A stretch of DNA of 41,118 nt from assembly GCA_041687875.1 (NCBI GenBank), contig JBDNJH010000138.1, positions 1 through 41,118 on the forward strand, read 5' to 3'. The notes under the pieces were generated by a model that was not told the DNA's origin, did no database searches, and was given only the letters and a program-made list of their open reading frames with translations. The stretch is from Flavobacteriales bacterium. GTDB taxonomy: Bacteria > Bacteroidota > Bacteroidia > UBA10329. Shown in pieces: positions 27,954 to 37,323 of the stretch. How positions within the stretch are numbered: the first letter of the stretch is position 1; the number at the start of each line of letters is the position of its first letter. The translations under genes and the position numbers were made by a program.

Positions 27954-30824
27954 TTAATCCTTCGGACTAGGAACAGTCATGTTCACCACTTCGATTTCAT
28001 AAGGCAATTTGCTCAATCCTTCGTAGATCACAGATTTATCGCCTACCACCACAATACCCATTTTGTTGGCATCGATGTATTTCTTGGCCAAGGCGTTCAC
28101 ATCTTCCTTGGTTAGATTTTTCAGGATTTCATTCTGCTTTTCGGTGTAATTGGTCTCCAACCCGAAACGAAGAATGGTGTTAAGGAAACCTGTTTTCTGG
28201 TATCCTGCTTCATATTTCAACGCATCCTGCTGTCCTATAGAGCTTTTGAGGAATGTCAGTTCTTCATCGGTGATACCCTTCTCGGCAAAAATCTGGAACT
28301 GGTTAATGAACTCAACAATAGAACTATCGGTTGCTTCTCTTTTGAAAGCCCCTCCCGCAACGAAAGGCCCAATGTGCTCGCTACCGTTGAAGTATGTGTA
28401 AGAACCGTAAGTCCAACCTTTTTCCTCACGAAGTTTCTGGGTTAAGCGACTATTAAAGTTGCCGCCAAGGTTGAAGTTCATCAACTTGGCTTTGTAGTAT
28501 TCGCCAGTTGCATCGAATGGTAAGGCAAGGTAACCCAAGCGAATTTCAGATTGCGCAGCATCTGGTTTGTCAATCAAATAGATTTTGGTTTTTGCAGCTG
28601 CCGGAGTTGCCGGTTCTTTCGGGTAGGTTATATCGCGTTTCTTCCACGTCTTGAGGAAGCCGAGTTTTCCTAGAACCTCGTCTTTTTCGATATCTCCAAC
28701 AATAACCAGATTACTGATGTTTGGAGCGAAACGAGCTTTGTAAAAGGCCTCTACATCGGCAAGAGTTACAGCGCCCAATGTTTTTTCTGTTCCTGAGGAT
28801 GGAATGGCCATGATGTGCCCCTCTCCATAAAGAACTCTGTAGGCTTGGTTATTTGCCAAGGTTGTTGCGTCATTTACTTGATCGGCAATGGATTCCAATT
28901 GAGAGAATTTCAATCGTTCAAACTCCTCGGTTGTGAACTTTGGATGCATCATGGCTTGCTCTAAAAGCGCCAATGTGGCATCCAAGTTTTTGGTAAGCGA
29001 ACTCATGTTTACCACCACTTCTTCATCGCTAGAACTTACACTGATGGAGCTTCCAAGTTTTTCCAGCTCGCCTGCAAATTCTTCCGTGCTGTATTTCTCA
29101 GTAGTTCCTGCCATCATAGAGGCGAAAAGCTCAGCAATACCCGCTTTTGCTGGGTCTTCGTATCGGTGTCCTGTCTTGATACCAATTCGGAGGTACGTTT
29201 TTGGAATCTCATCGTTTTTGGTGCCAATAGCTTTCAGTCCATTATCGAAAGAAATCTGCCAAGAATCTGGCACTTTTATCACAGGGCTTGGACCAGAAGC
29301 AGGCTTCACACTTCGGTCAAAACCATCTTGTTCTTTGGTTGGCTTTACATATTTAAGACCTTCATATTGGGCCATGTTGGCTTTCAGTTTCTTGTCTCTT
29401 ACGTAGGTGAAATTGTCTTGCTTGGCCACCAATTGCGGTTGTCCTTTTGGATAAACGCTCAGGACAACAGCTTTTTGTCCTTTGATGTAGGTGTTGTAAA
29501 CGCGCATGACGTCAGCAGCAGTTACAGCCATATATCGCTTCAAATCCTTGTTCACATAATTGGGATTTCCCAACATGAATTGATACTGGGCCAGCATGGT
29601 TGCTTTGCCCGACACGGTTTCGAGGCTGCTAATCATTTGGCTTTCCATGGATGATTTGAATCGCTTGAGGTCGTCATCATTTACACCACGTTTTTCAAAC
29701 TCGGCAAGGGTTGCGTTAACCATATCTTCCATATCTACCAATGTTTTTCCAGGATAAGGAAGAACAGTAAGTTGAAACTGTCCGGCCAATTCTTGGCAAG
29801 GGTGGCTTACCGCAGCTTGAATAGCAACCTGACTTTTTTGGAAATTCTTGTAGAAAAGTGAGTTTTCGCTTCCTCCTAGAATATCTGAAAGTATGTCTAA
29901 CGGAGCCTCATCAGCATGATAGTTTGGAACTGTTGGATAAGAAATCTGTAGCAACGGGAAACGGATGTTATCCTCGTAAGAGATATAACGGTCTTCCGCC
30001 AGTACCACGCGCTTTTGTTTATTTGCAACCACTTCCGTTCCGCGAGGGATGGTTCCGTAATATTTCTGAGCCAGTTTGAGCACTTCGCTTGGGTCCACAT
30101 CACCAGCTACAGTAAGCGCAGCGTTGTTTGGTCCATACCAACGGAGAAAAAAACGCTTGAGGTCATCTACATTGGCGTTGTCCAAATCTTCCAAATACCC
30201 GATTGTTGGGAAATTGTAAGGATGAGTTTGCGGATACTGTGCTTGATTCACCTTTTCGCCCACCAAACCGTAAGGTCTGTTGTCGTAGCTCTGTCCGCGC
30301 TCGTTTTTAACTGTGGCGCGTTGCACTTCAAATTTCTCTTGCGTAACGGCATCCAACAAGAATCCCATTCTATCGGCTTCTAACCAAAGCGCTCTTTCGA
30401 GCTGATTGCTCGGGAGTGTTTCGAAGTAGTTTGTTCTGTCTTTGTTGGTGGTTCCGTTGAGGGTGCCGCCCGATTCTGAAACAGTTTTGAAATGCTCTTC
30501 ATCGGCTACGTTGTCTGATCCCTGAAACATCATGTGCTCAAAGAAGTGAGCAAAACCAGAACGGAAAGGCTCTTCGCGGGCCGAACCTACGTGGTAGGTC
30601 ACATCCACATGAACGATAGGATCGGAATGATCTTCATGAATGATTATTTGGAGCCCATTATCGAGCACATATTTCTCGTAAGGAATGGAAAGGCCATCTT
30701 CCAATTTTTCGACCTTTTCTACCAGTTTCGCGCCTGATGGCACTACGGTGGTCTTGTTTTGAGCAAAGCTGAAAACGGTTGTCAGAGCGAAGCCAGCAAC
30801 AAGGAATAACGGTTTTAATTTCAT
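27954..30824 (-). CDS. Secreted M16 (pitrilysin/PqqL-like) zinc peptidase
   Basis: HFFEH inverted zincin motif, NGTTNKDRTNYFE, a second M16 half with LREEKGWTYG, and signal peptide MKLKPLFLVAGFALTTVFSFAQ starting at 30824. Confidence 0.92.
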   Translation of the reverse strand: MKLKPLFLVAGFALTTVFSFAQNKTTVVPSGAKLVEKVEKLEDGLSIPYEKYVLDNGLQIIIHEDHSDPIVHVDVTYHVGSAREEPFRSGFAHFFEHMMFQGSDNVADEEHFKTVSESGGTLNGTTNKDRTNYFETLPSNQLERALWLEADRMGFLLDAVTQEKFEVQRATVKNERGQSYDNRPYGLVGEKVNQAQYPQTHPYNFPTIGYLEDLDNANVDDLKRFFLRWYGPNNAALTVAGDVDPSEVLKLAQKYYGTIPRGTEVVANKQKRVVLAEDRYISYEDNIRFPLLQISYPTVPNYHADEAPLDILSDILGGSENSLFYKNFQKSQVAIQAAVSHPCQELAGQFQLTVLPYPGKTLVDMEDMVNATLAEFEKRGVNDDDLKRFKSSMESQMISSLETVSGKATMLAQYQFMLGNPNYVNKDLKRYMAVTAADVMRVYNTYIKGQKAVVLSVYPKGQPQLVAKQDNFTYVRDKKLKANMAQYEGLKYVKPTKEQDGFDRSVKPASGPSPVIKVPDSWQISFDNGLKAIGTKNDEIPKTYLRIGIKTGHRYEDPAKAGIAELFASMMAGTTEKYSTEEFAGELEKLGSSISVSSSDEEVVVNMSSLTKNLDATLALLEQAMMHPKFTTEEFERLKFSQLESIADQVNDATTLANNQAYRVLYGEGHIMAIPSSGTEKTLGAVTLADVEAFYKARFAPNISNLVIVGDIEKDEVLGKLGFLKTWKKRDITYPKEPATPAAAKTKIYLIDKPDAAQSEIRLGYLALPFDATGEYYKAKLMNFNLGGNFNSRLTQKLREEKGWTYGSYTYFNGSEHIGPFVAGGAFKREATDSSIVEFINQFQIFAEKGITDEELTFLKSSIGQQDALKYEAGYQKTGFLNTILRFGLETNYTEKQNEILKNLTKEDVNALAKKYIDANKMGIVVVGDKSVIYEGLSKLPYEIEVVNMTVPSPKD

Positions 30825-30848
30825 GTACGGTTTTGGTTTTGAGAACGG

Positions 30849-30856
30849 CAAATATA
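30849..30856 (-). promoter_or_regulatory. Bacteroidota -7 promoter element of the M16 peptidase
   Basis: TATATTTG, 24 nt before ATG 30824. Confidence 0.6.
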
Positions 30857-31014
30857 GAAAACGCCCGATGCGTGCATTGTAACTGGAGTTGTAAATAGTG
30901 TTAAAAGGAAGAGTGGTCAAAGGCTGCTCAGACCCATATCTCCGCGGTTCATTGCGCACGTCAGCGTTGACACAGTTTATTGAACAGACTCTTCTAAAGC
31001 CTCTAACACCCACG

Positions 31015-31119
31015 TTGAAGCATACCAAACAGACAGTGAAGGATACCAAACAGAGAGTGAAGGATACCAAACAGACAGTGAAGGATACCAAACGGACAGT
31101 GAAGCATATCAAACGGATG
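31015..31119. repeat. 21-bp tandem repeat, 5 copies
   Basis: Consensus GTGAAGGATACCAAACAGACA. Units start at 31015, 31036, 31057, 31078 and 31099. Confidence 0.93.
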
Positions 31120-31186
31120 CTAAACAGCATGAAAACCATGCTGAATGCACTCTAGAATCTTCTTGAAACCCCACTTTTAACCTAAT

Positions 31187-31306
31187 ATGAGCACAAAAAA
31201 GAGGCGGAAAGACCAGCGTATTGCCGACCTAGAAAAGCAACTCAAAGAAATGACCACCCACCGCGATGTACTGCAACGGGTGGTGGAGGTGTTGCAGGGA
31301 AAGTGA
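31187..31306 (+). CDS. Possible 39-aa coiled-coil small ORF or gene remnant
   Basis: ATG...TGA encoding MSTKKRRKDQRIADLEKQLKEMTTHRDVLQRVVEVLQGK, with heptad hydrophobic spacing; below the ORF track cutoff. Confidence 0.35.
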   Translation: MSTKKRRKDQRIADLEKQLKEMTTHRDVLQRVVEVLQGK

Positions 31307-31355
31307 AGGGTTTCTGGATATTCCGTTCCTTCGCCTCTTGAAAATCAATAAACGA

Positions 31356-32996
31356 ATGAAGCAGTATTTTTTAGGAGTGATGATGGTGGCCTTCAGCCTT
31401 GGGTCAGCAACAGAAGGTTTTGCGCAGCGTAAAACAGGCCGTTCGGACAACTTGGATGTCTATATGGGTTCGTCCATCAAGAAGGAAGCAGACAAGAAAA
31501 TGACGCAATTCCTTGCCTACAACTCAAATGGCTATGTGACTTATACCTTCTATAACCGTCAGGATATTTTTACGGTGTACGACACCACTTTGCAGCCTAT
31601 TTCATCCACAAAATTTGACCGTTTGCAGAGCGCTGACGGCTATGTGAACAAGGGTTTTATTCGCCTAAAGGACAAGGCAGTGCTGTTGACCGGAAAGACC
31701 TTGAATTATGATAAGGCGAACACGGTCTATCTGTCGGTTTTTGATGCTGAGGCCCTGAAGTTGGAAGACCCCAAAGAAGTGACACGCGTGGAGGGAAACG
31801 GTTTTCACTCCAATTTTAACGATTCGCATCTGAACTATGCCGTGACGGAGGATGGTTCCACATTTGTGGTCTATTTTAAAAAGGCGAAACGGGCAGATAA
31901 GAAGGATGATCCGACTCAGACCTTCCGTTTTATGGCGTTTGATGCCGATCTGGACAAAAAATGGCAGCAAGATGTGGAATTCCGTTCGGGAGATGGCGTG
32001 TTCCGATTGGGTGGAAGTGATTGGGCGGAGACCGCGCCCGAGGCTTCCGTTGGCATTGCCAATGACGGAACGGTATATTGCTGGGGAAGAACCGACAAGG
32101 GCGATGCTTTTGACAATGATGCGCGCTATCATGTAAAACTTACCAAGGTCAATTCGGAAGGGTTTGAGACCATCGACCTTTCGGGAGATCAAGATAAACT
32201 CATTCGTGATTGGACCTTACAAGGCACGGAGAATGGAATGATTATGGCGGCCAATTACATGGATTGGGAAAACACCACCAAAAGCTGGTTGGAGAAGGCT
32301 GACGGTTTTGCCTTAGTCAGTTGGACAGGGGCTGTGAAACAACGCCCCGTTTTCAAATACATTCCGTTTGATGATGAGTATATGATTTTGCATCAGTCAA
32401 AGTCGATTGTAAAGCGGGTAGAGAAGGATTCTAAAGATGCCGCAGGTGCGTTTGAGGATAATTTTGTCATCAACGGATTCACCAAATTGGGAGGTGATAA
32501 CTACCTTATTATGGCCGAATCGAGCTTGGATTCCACCAAATTCAACGCGCATTTAGATATTGACATCACCACTTATACGAGACGAGATGCGCAGTTTTTC
32601 TCTGTGAATGCCTCAGACGGAAAACTGAATTGGAGCACACGAGTGCCCAAGTTTCAGGAGAACAAAACAGGCAAAGGCCTTGGCTATGTTTGCAAGGTGG
32701 TAGGGCGCAAGTTATACGTGCTTTTCAACGACAATTTTGCGAACATCGAAAAGGAATGGAAGGCAGAGGATGGCGTTGCCAAGTTTGACAACATGGACAA
32801 TCCGATTGTGCTTACGACCATCAATCTAGATGAGCCTACCAAACTAGAAAAGCGCGAAAAACTTTGGACCTCTGAGAAGACCGCGAGCTATTTTGAGGGG
32901 TTCAATTTCTTAAGTCTTGATGGCTCTACCGAAGGTATTCTTTACTTGGATGATGAAGTAGGAAAAGAGCAGTTTGTAAGGATGGTGTTTAAATAA
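31356..32996 (+). CDS. Secreted hypothetical protein (beta-rich), paralog of 33072-34715
   Basis: Signal peptide MKQYFLGVMMVAFSLGSATEGFAQ from 31356; shares W..x.PKFQ, GLGY, LY.LFNDNF and DNP motifs with its neighbour. Confidence 0.8.
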   Translation: MKQYFLGVMMVAFSLGSATEGFAQRKTGRSDNLDVYMGSSIKKEADKKMTQFLAYNSNGYVTYTFYNRQDIFTVYDTTLQPISSTKFDRLQSADGYVNKGFIRLKDKAVLLTGKTLNYDKANTVYLSVFDAEALKLEDPKEVTRVEGNGFHSNFNDSHLNYAVTEDGSTFVVYFKKAKRADKKDDPTQTFRFMAFDADLDKKWQQDVEFRSGDGVFRLGGSDWAETAPEASVGIANDGTVYCWGRTDKGDAFDNDARYHVKLTKVNSEGFETIDLSGDQDKLIRDWTLQGTENGMIMAANYMDWENTTKSWLEKADGFALVSWTGAVKQRPVFKYIPFDDEYMILHQSKSIVKRVEKDSKDAAGAFEDNFVINGFTKLGGDNYLIMAESSLDSTKFNAHLDIDITTYTRRDAQFFSVNASDGKLNWSTRVPKFQENKTGKGLGYVCKVVGRKLYVLFNDNFANIEKEWKAEDGVAKFDNMDNPIVLTTINLDEPTKLEKREKLWTSEKTASYFEGFNFLSLDGSTEGILYLDDEVGKEQFVRMVFK

Positions 32997-33015
32997 TCGA
33001 CCTAAATTTTGAAGC

Positions 33016-33060
33016 AAAAAGAGGCGTTGGAATCTGATTCCAACGCCTCTTTGCCTTTTT
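33016..33060. terminator. Bidirectional terminator between the convergent paralogs
   Basis: Perfect 17-bp inverted repeat AAAGAGGCGTTGGAATC-T-GATTCCAACGCCTCTTT (33018-33052) with flanking A and T tracts. Confidence 0.85.
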
Positions 33061-33071
33061 AGGAGAATGAA

Positions 33072-34715
33072 TTATTTGTACTCCACTCGGATCATTCGTT
33101 GCGTTCCTTTTCCTCCTTGAATGTAGATGATGGATTCGTTGTCGAACAACTGATCGATTTTCGATCCCGGTTGGAACATGCCACCTGCCTTTTCGGTTGT
33201 CCAAACCTCTTCTCTCGAAACGGCCCCTTCGTTGGCCATATCGCAAACCGCCATCGTTACAGGATTGTCGCCTCCAACGAAACCGTAAACTCTCTTACCA
33301 TCCCAATCAGATTTCAAGTTTTTGAAGTTGTCGTTAAAAAGGAAGTACAAGCGGTCATTGGTCCAAGCCACTTCATATCCAAGTCCGACATTTGAACGGT
33401 TCGACTGGAATTTCGGGATCTTCTTGGACCAAACGATGTTCCCACTCTCATCCACATTGATTACGATAATGTTTCCTCTTACAAAAACCGTGTACGAGTT
33501 TTTGCCCGTGGAAACCACGTAGGTATAAGACACTTCGCCCACCAGAATTGCGCCACCATCTTCCTTCTCAATCACGTAATCGAGGTCGTAGTTGTCCATT
33601 CCGTAACGCTCCTTGTCCTTGTTCTTCTTTTGCTCCTTCTCGTACTTCTCAACCTTTTTCTCAGACCAATAACTTGTTTTGAATTCTTCGCTGAAATCCT
33701 CAAAGCTGATGTGTTCGGCCTCTCCTTTGTCGATGTTCCAGTAGCTCAGGAAAGCACCATCAATCAGGTTGTTTCGTGCGTCCATGTTATTGTTGTGAAA
33801 TCCGCTGATCATCACCTTTCCGTTTGCGTTGAGACGGATGTTGTAGTCAATGATGCGCTTGCCGCTGAAACCAACGCGTGTGTTCACCATTTTGTCCTTC
33901 GTGATCTTGAAAACGTAGGTCTCCAATCGGTCCGGGTGCTCAAATTCTTTGCCTTTATCGTGCACACCCCATGTGATGATCTGACCATCGTTTCCAAGTT
34001 GAAAAGCGCGGTAACTACCTGAATTGTACATTCGGAAGAAGAAGCCACCGCCTCCGGCTGCTAACCAGTCCCGTCCGACAACTTTAAAGATCTTATCCTT
34101 TTCGATGAAGAATTTCTCAACCCGCTCATAAATCAGGTTGAACTCACGGTCAAACACCATGAATTTGAATCTTCTGTAGCGGTCTTCTTCTTCCGGCAGC
34201 TTGAATGCCACGAGGAATTTTGACCCATCAGGAGAGCGGTCAATCTGCGTGAAGGCATTCGCGAAATTCTTGTAGAACTGTTCACCCGCCAGCGTGAAGA
34301 TCTCCTTGTCGTCCTTATTGTAGCCCATCGTTTCCTTGTTGATGGTGCGTACATAAAGCTTGTTGCTTTTGCCTTTGACATCAGAAATACTGTAGAACTC
34401 AAAGATTTGTTCCTCAAGTTCCATGTGCATTTCGGTGTTGCGCAAGATCTTCTCTTTTGGAAGTTCGAGATTGTTCACCTTAATCTTCTTCAGTTGATTG
34501 CTGTATTTGCCCAACGAGACCTCGCGCCCTTTACTGAAGAATGTGTAGAAATTCTCATCATCAGCACCTAGAAAGTAATCTACCGAGATGCCGCGTTCCC
34601 GATCTTGAAGTGGACCGAAAAACACATCAAACTGTTCGGACGAGTATTTGGCCTTCTGTGCGAAGGCCGAAGTGGCTGCGGCTGCAAAAGCTGCAAAAAG
34701 CAATAATTTTTTCAT
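33072..34715 (-). CDS. Secreted hypothetical protein (beta-rich), paralog of 31356-32996
   Basis: Signal peptide MKKLLLFAAFAAAATSAFAQ; 547 aa; shared C-terminal motifs. Confidence 0.85.
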   Translation of the reverse strand: MKKLLLFAAFAAAATSAFAQKAKYSSEQFDVFFGPLQDRERGISVDYFLGADDENFYTFFSKGREVSLGKYSNQLKKIKVNNLELPKEKILRNTEMHMELEEQIFEFYSISDVKGKSNKLYVRTINKETMGYNKDDKEIFTLAGEQFYKNFANAFTQIDRSPDGSKFLVAFKLPEEEDRYRRFKFMVFDREFNLIYERVEKFFIEKDKIFKVVGRDWLAAGGGGFFFRMYNSGSYRAFQLGNDGQIITWGVHDKGKEFEHPDRLETYVFKITKDKMVNTRVGFSGKRIIDYNIRLNANGKVMISGFHNNNMDARNNLIDGAFLSYWNIDKGEAEHISFEDFSEEFKTSYWSEKKVEKYEKEQKKNKDKERYGMDNYDLDYVIEKEDGGAILVGEVSYTYVVSTGKNSYTVFVRGNIIVINVDESGNIVWSKKIPKFQSNRSNVGLGYEVAWTNDRLYFLFNDNFKNLKSDWDGKRVYGFVGGDNPVTMAVCDMANEGAVSREEVWTTEKAGGMFQPGSKIDQLFDNESIIYIQGGKGTQRMIRVEYK

Positions 34716-34733
34716 GTGGGTAAATTTAATTGG

Positions 34734-36446
34734 TTATTGGTTGAGTTTGATTTTCAAAGATTCTTCAATGATCGGGGCAGGAATGGCAAAGCCGATGTCA
34801 TTCACTTTGCGTCCGTTCAACTGGGAGGAAACGACTCCGCAGAGCACACCGTTGCTGCGGATAAGTGCACCTCCGCTGTTTCCCGGACTGATGGACACAT
34901 CCGTTTGGATCATCTGATGCCCACCGAACTTCCGTTTGCCCGAAATGATGCCCCTACTAACGGTCTGCCCGAGTTCAACATCGGCCGGAGTGCCAATGGC
35001 ATATACATCTGCTCCCACTTCAATTTCGTCCATACTTGCCAATTGAAGCGGCATCATATTGGCGGTGTCCAGTTTCAGTAGTGCCAGATCCACAGCCTTA
35101 TTCATCCGAATGAATTTTAATGGGATCTTCTCATCCACCTTATTGGAAAGAATAGCCTTAATATTCACCGTATCATCTTTCACCACATGGGCATTGGTGA
35201 TGATGTAGCCATCAGGCGTCACAATACATCCACTTCCGTGGCCATTGTCCGTTACAATAGTGATAACGGCTTTCACCGCATCGCTTACAGAGGTCGCAAA
35301 CGTGGTTCCCGTAAGGAGTTCAAGTTCCTCAACTTCCCGAAGCGGAATAGGAACCGGGGCGCTCAGAATGCTTTGAACGGTATCCAGCGCCAAAAACTTT
35401 TTGAAGGACCCACCCATTGCTTCCATCATCGCGTTTTTGATGGTGTTGAGCTGGGTTACCTCGTCTAAACTGTCTTCCTTAAAATCGACCCATTCCGAAT
35501 TCCCGTTCATGGTACGGTCATACAGGTATTGCAGCTCGTCAAGGGTTTCGAGTGCCCAAGTGGTTCTTACATCGCAGCGAAGTTTGTCGTCAGCGGTCAT
35601 GAAAACGATGGAACGTGTCCAACTCTTCGCTCGCAACGAATTGTCAAGTGTAGCTTCTGTAGAGTCAATTCCGTACTCAGCCTCGCGCAGCATTTTTGCC
35701 ACATCGTCATAGAGTTTCGCTTCTTCTAAAAACTTGAAATTATCAATGGTATCCCTCGCTTCATAGCCATAACCTTTGTTGAACTGCACCATTGTAGGAA
35801 AGTCACGAACAGCGATTCCAGATTTACTCAACTTGAATTCGTGCTTTCCGGCAACGATGGTAAGCTGATTCGAGTCTTTGGTTACGATGCGGATGAGCGA
35901 TGGCAACTCCACAGTTTTCGGATAGAGCCTTTTGGGAGCCGGAATTACCGCACCCCAACCTGCCACACCAATTCCCAAGGCTGTGAACAGCATAACGGTC
36001 TGTACTGTGCGCAGATTTCCGTTCTGTACATAGTCAGAATTCCTTCCAACGATGAAATGAAGCGGAAGAAATATCGAGACAAAAACATCGGTCGTAATGA
36101 GCAGCGCTTTATCAAGCCGTTTGAGCGAATTGATGGAGGTTCTAGAAAGTTCGTAGGTACTGGAAACATAGCCTTCTCTCTCTTGCCTTACCCAGTAGCC
36201 TTTCTTGAAATGATTGAGCTTGATGCTCGTCTTGCGGTTGGTGATTTCCTCATATTCTCCATCAACCTTTTCAGAAATGGAAACCGTCACGTTTTCGGTG
36301 GGGCAAACAAACTTGGTTCTTCTGGAAAGCGCAATGTAGCTGCACCCTGAATTCATCGTCATTAGCACAATCGAAAGAAACAAAATGATCCTTTTAACGG
36401 CAGTTTTCGGCTCGGTCATGAGAAGTTCTAGTCGTTTTTTTGACAT
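34734..36446 (-). CDS. Trypsin-like (S1C/HtrA-type) serine protease with a long N-terminal region and no PDZ domain
   Basis: GSGCIVTPDGYIITNAHVV, DLALLKL and IQTDVSISPGNSGGAL catalytic triad motifs at the C-terminus; hydrophobic segments in the N-terminal part. Confidence 0.88.
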   Translation of the reverse strand: MSKKRLELLMTEPKTAVKRIILFLSIVLMTMNSGCSYIALSRRTKFVCPTENVTVSISEKVDGEYEEITNRKTSIKLNHFKKGYWVRQEREGYVSSTYELSRTSINSLKRLDKALLITTDVFVSIFLPLHFIVGRNSDYVQNGNLRTVQTVMLFTALGIGVAGWGAVIPAPKRLYPKTVELPSLIRIVTKDSNQLTIVAGKHEFKLSKSGIAVRDFPTMVQFNKGYGYEARDTIDNFKFLEEAKLYDDVAKMLREAEYGIDSTEATLDNSLRAKSWTRSIVFMTADDKLRCDVRTTWALETLDELQYLYDRTMNGNSEWVDFKEDSLDEVTQLNTIKNAMMEAMGGSFKKFLALDTVQSILSAPVPIPLREVEELELLTGTTFATSVSDAVKAVITIVTDNGHGSGCIVTPDGYIITNAHVVKDDTVNIKAILSNKVDEKIPLKFIRMNKAVDLALLKLDTANMMPLQLASMDEIEVGADVYAIGTPADVELGQTVSRGIISGKRKFGGHQMIQTDVSISPGNSGGALIRSNGVLCGVVSSQLNGRKVNDIGFAIPAPIIEESLKIKLNQ

Positions 36447-36488
36447 GCCTAAAATAACATCAAACTATTAATCACGACACTGAAAAAA

Positions 36489-36517
36489 TAAAAAGGCCGA
36501 CTTTTCAGCCGGCCTTT
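36489..36517 (-). terminator. Rho-independent terminator
   Basis: Minus strand AAAGGCCGGCT-GAAA-AGTCGGCCTTT followed by a T-rich tract, just after the 36540 stop. Confidence 0.8.
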
Positions 36518-36539
36518 AAATACTGTTAGTAACGAAAAT

Positions 36540-37202
36540 CTACTTGAACGCCTTCTTCAACACTTTCGCGTAAAGACTCTTGGCCATTTTCTCAAAAGAT
36601 TCGCCTAGTCGTTTTTCGAAAGTCATTCCTTCTATTGCAGCTACAATTGCCATGCCTGGAATGCTCTTTGCCGCACTAGCACCTTTAATTTGATCCATAG
36701 TTAGGGAAGAACTTACATTCTCTGTTCCGGTCTCAACAACTTCAATGATGCCACTCAAATAAGCATCAGATGCACCAGTTCCCACGCTATAGCCTGGGTC
36801 CATGTATGTTACCTTTATACGAATGGTGTATTTGGCTTCTTTAAGACCACGCTTAACAGAAGCTTCTTTCCACAATTCGGCCATTTTTATTTCAAAGGCG
36901 GGCTCAAATGCACCTGGCTTGGCAGCTTGCCATTTCTTATTCCAGTCATCACCGGTTCCTGCTTCCTTTTCATTCTTTTTGTCAACGATTTTTTTCAGCC
37001 ATTCAGCTTCAGGCATTGCTTTCCAGTTGGCAAAGGGAGAACCGCCTCTGACTTGAGCTTGTGAATAATCCCATTCAACGTTCACCTCTTTCTGGTCTTT
37101 CAGTTCAGAGAAAGTTCCTTTGGTGATCTTTGTTTTTTGAGCAAACGTGTTGCCCGCCACGGCAACCAAGGCTGCCATTACAAATAGTTTAATTGTTTTC
37201 AT
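36540..37202 (-). CDS. Secreted hypothetical protein
   Basis: Signal peptide MKTIKLFVMAALVAVAGNTFAQ from 37202, a CACATTTG promoter-like element at 37235-37242, and its own terminator. Confidence 0.8.
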   Translation of the reverse strand: MKTIKLFVMAALVAVAGNTFAQKTKITKGTFSELKDQKEVNVEWDYSQAQVRGGSPFANWKAMPEAEWLKKIVDKKNEKEAGTGDDWNKKWQAAKPGAFEPAFEIKMAELWKEASVKRGLKEAKYTIRIKVTYMDPGYSVGTGASDAYLSGIIEVVETGTENVSSSLTMDQIKGASAAKSIPGMAIVAAIEGMTFEKRLGESFEKMAKSLYAKVLKKAFK

Positions 37203-37311
37203 GATAATTGATTTGGTTAAAATGTTAGGTGACGCAAATGTGAGGAACAGGGTTCCTCTGAAACTAAGTTGATTAGCGTATTCTTTGCGAATTTTTCCAT
37301 CAATCAATCTC

Positions 37312-37319
37312 TACATTTG
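37312..37319 (+). promoter_or_regulatory. Bacteroidota -7 promoter element of ruvB
   Basis: TACATTTG, 4 nt before the ruvB ATG. Confidence 0.6.
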
Positions 37320-37323
37320 AACC

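Noticed and set aside
30825-31139. 105-aa N-terminal extension of the M16 peptidase
   Set aside because: It derives largely from the 21-bp repeat. The signal peptide and promoter point to ATG 30824.
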